The notes beneath the pieces are model-generated. The model was not told the DNA's origin and did not search any database. It was given only the letters and a program-made list of their open reading frames with translations. Of a stretch of 64,000 bases of DNA, positions 53,758-64,000 are shown one piece after another. Positions within the stretch are counted from its first letter, which is position 1, and every line of letters begins with the position of its first letter. Made by a program: the position numbers and the translations under genes. The DNA comes from Ptychomitrium polyphyllum (taxonomy: Eukaryota): contig OZ316775.1 in NCBI GenBank assembly GCA_973851085.1, forward strand, positions 5,208,001 through 5,272,000, in the 5' to 3' direction.

Positions 53758-55028
53758 TTAGAAGCTCCAGAGGCGAGGCAGCTCCCATGTGGAGTTGTTC
53801 ATCGCCTCATCACCATCAAGCATGTGGCCAGAAGTTTGGGGAGGGACCATGCACATGCCTGCGTACATACTGGCAACGAATCCCGGCGGATTGTTGAACA
53901 GCATATCCTCCTCCAAGAACTCCTGCATTCCAGTTTCACTCCACAATAAAACCTCACTCGAACTCGACCTGCATCTGTTTTCTGAATTATTCAACCTGTC
54001 GAGAACGATCTCTGGGAATGACCTGGATCTTTCAATGAATTCCTCATCCATGGGGACGATTGCTGCTGGTGAATCAGTCGATTCTTCTACCTTGGGGAGG
54101 AGGATCTGAGGTGTAGCTGCCTTGGTGTGAAATAAGCTGGAGAATGAATAATTCATTGAGAGAAGGTGATGATCTGGACCTGCTCGTGGGTCAGGTGGTG
54201 GAGTACCCCGGAACATCCGATTCACTGGGTGCTCTCTTCCGATGTTCGGTGTTGATGGAAGGATAAGCGGTGGCAATGATCTGGGCTCACCTAAATTGTC
54301 GGAGAAGAAGTATTGCTCTCCCAAGTAATTGTTCACCTCAATTTTACATGGCGCTAATGCTAGTCTGTGTGGTGCCATGGAGTTGGGACTAGCAGCGATG
54401 ACTTGCAGCTTGCAATGAGACTGAGGACTGTGATCCGAAGTGTTGGTTTGCAGCGTTGAAGCAGTTGCATGAAGCCGGTAGAGACGGCGCTGAGACTTGA
54501 CTTCCCTGGCGAATCGCTTGGCTGCTTCATTAGCAGCAGCTTGAATGCACTTGTCGGAGAGATCCAGCGGTCGAGGCAGGGAGCTTGCCAGTTTTGGAAA
54601 GTTGAGTAGTGCGCCAGGTCCGCGAAGACACAACGCCGCTGCAAACACAAAGAATTGGGTCAGTGTCATGGATTAGAAGAGGTGGAACTGCAGCAGCGTT
54701 GATCATTGAATCGTCAGGGAAAGAAAAATTCATGATGGAAAAGGTGGTGAAAACTTTATAAGGTACCTGTATCGTATGCTCTAGCAGCCATCTCCGCTGT
54801 TTCAAATGAGCCTAGCCAAATGCGTGCCTTCTTCTTCGGCCTTCGTATTTCGGTCACCCAAATGCCCCAGGGCCTCCTCCTAACACCCCTGTAGATCGGA
54901 TGGCGGGAATCGACCACCACTGCAAGCTTCGCCTTGGTTTGCATTGCATCCGATGCCGCCATTTCAGTAGGACAACTGAAGCTCCTCCTAATCTTCGAGC
55001 CCTGCTGCCCAGCCTGCAGTTGATCCAT
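53758..55028 (-). CDS. AP2/ERF transcription factor, DREB subfamily (A-4/TINY-like), 2 exons
   Basis: Exons 55028-54767 and 54638-53758 join as [62 protein letters not shown] motif after the domain; C-terminal LWSF. Confidence 0.93.
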
Positions 55029-58000
55029 CAGCTAAAGGTTTGTGCGTCTGAGAAATTCGAGTTCAGGTGGTCACTATTGACAGAAATGATAAGTCGATCC
55101 CAGTGCCTGCGCTTCGTGAGTCTGAGAAGCAAGTTCTGACAGGATGGAAAGAACTGCTTTCCCTTTAGTTGCCCAAATGACCTTCCACTCTGAATAATTT
55201 TAGGGCGTCTGAATAGAGGCATATTTTCTGTAGCAGATGATGCCAGTCTCACGAAAAGCACGAGCAATATTAAGTGGCTGCACACAATTTCGCACAGGGC
55301 ATGCAAAGTACATTTGGTTGGAGACAGTATATCGACTGTAGTATATAATCAACTGTGTAAAAAACAATTTCAATTCAAGTTCCTGTTGTGCATGACCTGT
55401 CTAAACCAAGTTCACAATCGACTTAGTTGTAAGAAATGCATGAAATTTGAGAGAAAGTTCGGTCAGCTCAGAAAACCCTGAGTACTCAAACCCGCCCTTG
55501 CAGTTGAAACACTCATTCAGCTCTCAACTCGACTTGAAGATTTCTGTTCTTCAACTAGGGAACCTACTGATTATTAGAACAAGGGTACACCCCTCGGAGC
55601 TAGGTTAGCCTGTGTTCAAAGATATGTCCGAAAGGCCATATCCGAATTACGAGGTGAAGTATGGAGCACTCAATACATACTTTAATATGGGTAGAGGCAT
55701 ACGGTCGCGTAGTCACACGGGGTAGCACAATTAGACTACTTATACCTACTGAGAGACCGCTTTCACTGTTCAGTGGTCACTTTCGGTTAAAATCTCTTCA
55801 CTTCACTCAGCTCCCACAATGATACGGTGGGTCGCTCATCTTTGTCCTCCGTATTCGCATATAAATTTGTCTTTCTCCTTCCAACTTCCTTCCCTTTTAT
55901 TCCAGAATTTGGGTGGCCTCCCTCTGCAGGAGTCTAGCTAATATCTTTCTTCGTTATCAGGCCTCAACTTTGAGCGACACATATAGTCTAGGTACATGGC
56001 CAACCCCTGTAGCTCCACTGACAAGGTCACTACATGCACTCCCTGCATATAATGTACACATCCTGCAGTAGTTTGCGTGCTGGCACAGGAATATTTGCAG
56101 TCTAAAGTTGCAAACCGAACAAGCCACGACGGTTAAAACATCCTCCGGATACCTGTGTCGTTCCCATAACGAATTGCTGAACTCATGTGCTCATCCAGAG
56201 TGAGATCCCAAGCACTCAAGCACTTATCCACATTTTATTATTCTACCTAATGATTGGCTGGCTCCTTAAAATTATCCAGCTGCAATTGAAATGCAGACTC
56301 TCGGTGCACGTTGATGGAGTACTGCTCTACTGTTAGGAGGTTCAGGGGTCCATCAGGCATCATGGCTCAATAGCAGATGATGTGAGCCTAAACTGGATTT
56401 CTCAATTGTGCAAGCATATGCGACATGGGATTGACAGTGCGACCTCGACAGCTCTTTGAATGAGATTGACAGGATTCCCCCTCCTGCAATTTGTGCTAGG
56501 AGGTTTTACAGACTATGTCGCCTTGGATATTTGTGGGGTTACATTTATATGAGCATTGTTGCTGAGCTCAGTGAATTCGATTTCAGACAGCATTATAGAC
56601 CCTTAAATTCATGGTCAGTTTAAATCAGCAGGAACAAAGTGGAACCTGCTCACACATCCCTTGCCTGCTGGATGTAATTGAAAGTCAGTAGGAAGCCGCG
56701 CACGAGGTACAACGGAGGCTGACCTTGTTTAATGTTTCCGTTTGAGTGTGCTCCTCCCCCTGTGCCAAAAGCTTGATCTGGGGTATACTTTTCTCAGCTG
56801 ACTATGATTGTTTGGTAATTGTTTAAGTGACAAATTACAGGCTCCTTCTTTCAGTCCTTTGTACAGCTACGCAGAAAGCATATTTTGTGTGTACCTGCTA
56901 GCTGTGGGCGATAGTGACAAAAGACCAGTCTTCGAATGCTGGGCACACTGTATATCGATCATAGAGCAGTTTTCGCGGTACTTGCTTCTATGCAGAGACC
57001 ATAGGTAGTTACGAGTTCAGAACCAACTCAAAACGGAAGAGCATTGATGTTTGCTAACTTAATGACGACTTTATCTGTAGAATCCCTTAATATTCACATC
57101 TCGAAATCACATGTGAAGATCTTGCAAAGTCTAAGCCTGGTTTAATATCCAAGAAGCGTTTCACAATAATAAACATTTTGATGCGGAGTGATTTTCAGTT
57201 TGCAAGTATAAAATTGATGTTATGAGTGTATTACTGAGATATTTAAAATTCAATCTTTCGGGACGTACACTACAGAGATATATGAAAAACCGCACCTGAT
57301 GTGTTGTGTGATTGCCCGTGCTTATCTTGGGCAAATTGGTGATTAGGACCAATAAATTCTGCGGCAGTAATCGATTACAACACTTAGGGCACAACACATT
57401 TCATAATTCTGAACACTGTTGTTCATTTTACATCAGGTAGCAAGAATGATCGATATAGGAGCAGTTATCACATCGACTATTAAGGAACTTGATGGTCTGC
57501 CCAAACACAATCATTCGTCTACTATACCCAAGGTCTCCCTCAGTAGACTGCAGTTGTTGGTAAGTCCATGTAACGTATGATGGAATACGTCGTGTAAAAT
57601 ACATACAGATTTGACAAGGGAATCGTGCAGAGCATTGTCCTTTTATTTATCCATATTCATAGTCATGGCCGTGGCCATGGCCGCCGTTCACTAACAAAGA
57701 AGTATGAGTAATAAGTATAAGTATTGGTAGACATTTCCCCCGAGCTACACCCAAAGGACACGGGGGAGATCTCAACCACTTGCAAAAGAGAGAGAAGGCA
57801 ATTTCAAGACGATTTCATAGTCTGAGGGGAAAAAGTACGGCACCTTTCAGACAAATACTTGGAGTCATCTACACGCTGAATTCAACTTCACGATACTAAA
57901 GGCATACGCAAGATTGAACTGCAGAGGCAGCAGAGTTGAGTGGCACCGGTCAACACAACTGACCAATGTCATTCCGGCTTTCCAAAAATTCATACTCAAA

Positions 58001-59624
58001 GATAAAGATTTTAGCACCGAGTGCATACCCAACACTCCACTTTCGGAGTTACATTAGATATATACATAAGCATAGATGTAAACGAAAACAAAACCTACGA
58101 GTATCAGTAATGCAGAGTTAACCTGCATTCCCTGCTGAGGATTATGATGTCGTCGACCTTTAAAATTAGTGACTCCAAGCAATTTCTGAACATCAATTAA
58201 AACTTGATGATATGTTAAGACAGATAGATAACAGGAAAGAATTAGGATGGAAGTAAGAAAATTTGCAAACTAAACAGAATTTTTTTCGAATATTGATGGC
58301 CACAATTATCAATACAGTTCACAGCAAATGACCCATGATTCGGAAATTGAACAGGTAAATTCTGTGAAGAGCAGGAAATGCATACAATATTCTACAACGG
58401 TCACTATCAGGAGGAGGTTCAGGACCAATTTAGGCGCAGAAGGTTCAATGAAAATAATTTTTTAAAGATTTTCTCATTATTTGGAGACGTATATTATTAG
58501 ATTTTTCACATTTTTGTTCTATAAATCCTGATACTCGGGGTACTGCCCTCTGCCCTTCTCAGTGAGTGTGCGAGAAATCATGCGTTTATTTCGAGGATTG
58601 CTAACACATACCTCCCCTATTGCGATCGTCTCTAGATTTGATTGCTGCAGGACCTTCGTAGTGATGAGAATCGTTGTTGCCGAGAAGTATTGTTCTCTTC
58701 CAATCACTTGAAAGTCTGAATGATTGAAGTGAATGTAAACGGGCAGTACGCATGTACTCGAGACGTAGATTGGTGAGGAACTAAATTGAGAAAAAAATTC
58801 AAGCTGGTAGTTGTCAATCCGATCCAAGCTGCTCTCCTGTGTCAATCGACCAGCTCACATGAGGCTAGACTCTTTCAAAGTAAGTTATTTGCCGTGAGGA
58901 ATCTGCGCAATCATGTGTTGGAGATACAGCAGCTCCTTTCTACGTCGGTCATAGGAATTCGTGAACTCTCACCAGAAAACTGGTTAGGTCGTCTAACAAA
59001 TCTTCACGACTCTACACTCTACTGTCATTGATCTTTGGAACCAGGCGTGGCCCAGGTTTGCGGTAAGATCTACATGGACATTACGTTATGAACAATTAAT
59101 GCACATTTGATGTGGATTGATTTCCTTGTTGATTCTCTGGTGTCCTGTGAACTCCAGTCATTGTTGATCTAATGAGACGTGGTCACTGGAGAGTCGCTTA
59201 GAAAGCGTTATTAAGCTACCTGAAGCATAGGGCATCACGTTTTAAAACCCTGGTTTACAAAGCCATGAAAATCCATAATTCAAACTCATTGTCATAAACA
59301 GGAAATGAAGCATCCCAACATAAATGAGGAAAATTTCAAATCATTCCTGCTTTACAAGGAAATGTAAAAACTTATCTAACCAACATCTAGCTCCCGATAT
59401 TACCATGCTCCATAAGGCTAATATTATCTAGAAGATCCTCGATGTATATACTTGATAACATGTTGGTAGTCAGCGTTCAAAACACTCTCCTTCTAAATGC
59501 AGAATCAAGACGGCTACTCCAGGGAAGAAGAAATTTAAAAACACATCTACTATTTGGTAGCTAACTAACATTCCAACCCACTTTGTGGTTAAGTGAAACA
59601 AAGTGGTTTCGTCATGCATTAAAC

Positions 59625-62600
59625 TCACTCAGCAAGAGATATCACAACAGCTACGCCCATGCCAAGCACCATGGGCACAAGCTGAGAAAGAGTAGAGATG
59701 AGGGAGGAACCCTGCTCATGCATGCTGGGAATAACTCCACCTACCGACATATAGATGAACCCACCTGCTATGAAACCCTGCAACACCAGATTGCAACCGG
59801 GTCATTACGATATCAAGAATTCTGCGAGGTTTCTGAATATAATTACTGCAATCTACCTTCATTTAAATATGGTATCAAAGAAAACACCAATCCTTGTTGC
59901 AATCCCTTCAAATTAAATGAAACTGATTGACCTGGCCATGACACTTCGAGAGAGAATGTAATAAAACCGACGTGCACTGCAGATAAACTACAGACATAAT
60001 ACATACATACGATCAACAACATGAAACCAACTTTGACCTTAAAGTTTGCTTACTTCTATTAGAGATGAATGACCCGTACTACCACCCAACATCAAGGCCT
60101 GTCACAAATTCAACAAAAGAGAATCAAAATAGAAACCAAATTCAACATTCACATTTAAGGTTTCAGTTACATTGATAATTACAACAATTTTCGATAATTA
60201 CAACAATTTTCGATAATTACAACAATTTTCGATAATTACAACGATTCAGTATACAAGCAAACTCAATGAAACCTCTTAGGCGTGTACATTTCGTGTGATC
60301 AGATTACTTTTTACGTAAATTCTTAATACGGCACACAAAAAGCCTAGACCAAAGATTCTGCAAGTACAAACCACGGCAGTTCCAGCTAAGGCAACCAATG
60401 CCGAAAGGAAGTTGAACGCAAGGGCCTCAAACACACTGAAGCCAGATTTCACCAAGATTCCGAAGTCCCCAACCTGATCCCAAAAAACAAAAAACAATTA
60501 GAGCCTAATATATGTTAGGCGCTCCAATGAACATCTGGTAATAACTTGGTCATAGGAAATGACACTAAATCCCAAGCACGCATCTACCTTCTGGATGTCA
60601 TCAGTTTGCAGTGAAAACGACCTCACTAATAGAATTCACCAACCGGAAACAACTCAAGAACGTTAAAAGCACTTCATTCTAACGGGATAAGAGCAGCAAA
60701 ATTCTGTGATAACTACAGTCAAAATACCAATTAAAGAATTTACAGGTGGTGCATGTGAGAGTGTACCCACGGTTACTCTAAATATATATATATGAAAATT
60801 GTGAACTGTTGGAAACCTTGTGCAATTCTACAGAATCAGGGTATACATGACACCAACTAGCGTATGAAAAGGAACGGACCTCCTGGGGAAGCTCATGCGC
60901 GAGGAGAAACAAAGTTCGTGACCAGCCACCCACTGTGCCATGCAGCAAGAATGCACTCCCAAGAGCAATGCCATCTGTAAAGTTATGCTGTAACATGCAA
61001 GAATGAAAAATACAGCCAATCAAATCCACAACACCTTTGAGACGTCTAACAAGTAAACATACGAGACTAAGCCTTGTATATCTTAGTTGTATGCATCTCT
61101 TAACATGTAATTCCTTGTCGCAAGCTGGCAATAAAATAAATCAAGTGTGCTAAAATTTAGACATTCCACCTGAAATGTATCGTGCGGTATGACTCGATAC
61201 CGAGATAATACCAAGACGATTTCAATTGAATGCAAACAATCCTAAACCTGCTCTAACTGCAATGGAAGTAAAAGTAAGCCAACAACGTTACTTCTCAGTA
61301 CTGAACACAAATGAAATATTTTTGTCCTTTTGGAAATATAAGGTCATAATTTAAGAGAAAAAGTACAATTTACGTACCACTGCATCAGAAAAGAGGTTCA
61401 GATAGCCAATGACAAATCCACCACTGGCCTCCACCTCCTGAGGTGGCTGCATTGGAGCTGAAGATATTTCATTGTCCACTGCAGCTGTGTCTTTCTTCTT
61501 ATCACTTTTCCTCTGTTACGTGGTTTGATATATAACACAAACACAAAAAACTTAAATAGTATCATATCAAACATATGAAATTGAACTCTACATCTTAAAG
61601 ACGTAGAGCAACTGATTTGGACTATATTGCTGCATTCATAGTACGCAGAGAACATGCTTTGTAAGCTAGAGTAAGGTGATCACCATCATCAAATGTGGCG
61701 TACCTTCGAATATTGATTCTTATTCAAACTAGCCATTTATCCTCTTCAGGACATAAAAGCAACCGATTTAAGACGTACTAGTCACAACGAACCTCACCAG
61801 GTCAATAACAGATAGTGTAATCACATAGAGCACTCGTTCATGTTACTTTCATATCAGTGAAAACCTGAAGTCAATGCAATCAGACATTACCTTTTTGCTG
61901 TCTGTACTTTTGGTCTCTAAGGATTTTGACTCCTTATCTCCAATTGCTGCCACTTCCCCAATCGCTGCAGTTTTTTCCGAACCTTCCCATCTTCTGGCTC
62001 TATCCTTCTTCTTTTGATGGTGATGATGAATATGACCAAATGCACGTTGGCCGCCACAACTGGACAGTTCTTCATATCGTCTTACAATCTTCTCAACAAT
62101 AAAGAAGAGGAGGATTCCACCTGAAGTTCAAGTAAGCGTTAACTCAATACCCATGTTTAAACATCTGCACTGACTCATTAAAAATATGTGGGATGAGATA
62201 ATGCAGCTTATCATGATAAGCCACTGCTAAATAATGATGTAAAATCATATCATGAACTCAACATTATCTACTACTCAATCCTAAATTTACCACTTAGAAT
62301 CAATCACTCCAACAAGCATAATAATATAAAGTCTCATAAAAAGATGGGCAAAAAATTTACAAGATAAATTAATAAATTAAAAAACAACACTTTCAAGGCA
62401 GAACTTACCAAGCACAGCGAGGCCAATCGATAAGTCCTTTAGAGAGTGTGCATGGCCATTAGATGCACCTGAAGAGTGATCATGATCATGGGAATGGGAG
62501 TGCGAATGACCATGATTACGATGATGTGCGTCGTGTGAATTAGGAGAAGACCCGGAGTTGACTGAACCCACGATAAAGAACCCAATGATGATAACGTTAC

Positions 62601-63571
62601 CAGAGTTACAGATAATATATATTATCCTCACAAGTCTTCGAAATTCAAGAGATTCACAGCAAGGAGAAACTCTTTACTCGTACCATTTTAAACCTTCCGA
62701 GTTCATTAAATAAAGATTGACTGTTTAAGCAACATCATCCGATGTATTAACATTAAACAAGAACCTACGTACGAGCATAAAGCACTCCAGAATCCACCAT
62801 ACAAGAAGCCATAGTATAATGCAGAATGAAATATAGGATACTTGAGCAATTAGTTACCAAATGCATGTGGAAGTTGATGAAGGAAAGCATCTCCCAGCAT
62901 TGCCCCAGCCTGTACAGGATACCCACAATACCTATCAGTTTGCTGCAAATGATATAGATTAACATGCTCGCTGTGGTTCAATCTATTGCTTGCATTTCTC
63001 ATTATACAATTCCGCGCATAAACTGTCATCATTTTGCAGGAGGTAGAACAGGAACCAAAAAGCATACACCAAAGTGTTGAAATGCACCGAGTGGACTTAG
63101 AGAAGGCTCAGATCGAAACTCTAGTGTTTGCAGTACACTTGAATGATTCATATCAACATTCATCAAGAAGCGATAAACTAACGCAGAGAAAAGCGTCACT
63201 GCCGTTAAATCTGCACAACATACCCCAAAAGCTGCCAAGGAATTGACTACTGTCTCTGAAGGCTTGCCGTTTGCTGCATCATGCACACATATTAGCACAG
63301 CTTCACAATGATCTCACTTCAAAATCAAAACAACTTATAAACAGATATAACATAAGTAGTAATAGGAATCTGTTTCTTACGATTGATGCTCTTCAACGTC
63401 TTCAACGTTTTAAAATGGCAAACTCAAACCAGCCACAGGCTGCTAAAGGTCAAATATCAAGAAGAATTAACTCTGAGAAAGACTTACAGACAATGCAAGG
63501 AAGAATCATTAGGCAGATAAGAGAGGCCAGGCTCACCAGCAATGAACAACCCATTGCTCGCAACCAAACAC
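59625..63571 (-). CDS. IAR1: ZIP/LIV-1 family metal transporter, IAR1/ZIP7-like (5' part continues beyond the window)
   Basis: Exons 63571-63488, 63273-63224, 62909-62858, 62561-62409, 62120-61891, 61512-61378, 60987-60880, 60473-60372, 60098-60054, 59777-59625, with possible extra small exons near 61700 and 63800. Motifs GCSLLVSLASLIC, AGAMLGDAFLHQLPHAF, His-rich loops, YLNLFSDAV|HNFTDG, HELPQE|VGDFGIL and AGGFIY. Confidence 0.92.
60174..60242 (+). repeat. Intronic 19-bp minisatellite, ~3.6 perfect copies
   Basis: gataattacaacaattttc repeated at 60174, 60193 and 60212, partial at 60231. Confidence 0.95.
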
Positions 63572-64000
63572 CTTCTCACATGCACACACACGCACACAAG
63601 AGCTCATCAAATACTGAAAGGTGCATATTATAACATTCTTACTTCCTAAAATACGTACTGCCAGAGTAGTCTCATCACAATGCGTTGACCATAACGAAAA
63701 TGATCGGCATGTAATCACACACTCGACAGATCCAAACCAGAGATGAAATAGCATAAAAGCGAAATTAGTCGGTATAAACCCTAAACCTTGAACCAAACCT
63801 TCAGCCAAGACCCATGGCTTCAAAGAGTCCCCCTAAGTGTTGCTACATTCGTAATATAACCGAATCGTAGCCTTTGCTCATGTGACATTAAGGAATACAT
63901 GAGCAGTCGATATTTTCGTCTTGTATGGCATTCACCCTTCCCGATAACAATTATACGAACTTAACATTTCAAATAAATATTTGATGTGTTAGAGGCCTCA

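Noticed and set aside
55621..55642. GAAA-tetraloop hairpin (gatatgtcc-gaaa-ggccatatc)
   Set aside because: Too short; no ribozyme core or miRNA-length stem around it.
57736..57768. tcccccg..cggggga inverted repeat as a Helitron end or terminator
   Set aside because: No downstream CTRR terminus or associated element.

Overview
Eukaryotic land-plant genomic DNA, most likely a moss of the Physcomitrium/Funariaceae type (inferred from the DNMT3-DUF3444 gene, a CASPL4C-type protein and a Tc1-like transposon). Intron-containing genes alternate with very AT-rich decayed-repeat blocks. The genes, in order, are: GDSL lipase (+), DNMT3-type cytosine methyltransferase with a DUF3444-like C-terminus (-), CASP-like protein (+), aldo-keto reductase (+) followed by an intact duplicate of its last two exons, GH79 heparanase-like gene (-), RRM/RS/coiled-coil protein (-), DREB-type AP2/ERF factor (-) and an IAR1/ZIP7-like metal transporter (-, 5' end off-window). 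Two elements are not apparent from the ORF track. The first is a three-exon gene on the minus strand (49975-48017) encoding a 108-aa secreted precursor that ends in a PSY-like sulfated-peptide motif, DYCSTGANTKYGP, with atypical Cys3 and Tyr11. The second is a full-length fossil Tc1-like (DD34E) transposon at 42017-43613 with TIRs and a TA target duplication. All exon models were read by eye from GT-AG sites and frame continuity; no database search was run.
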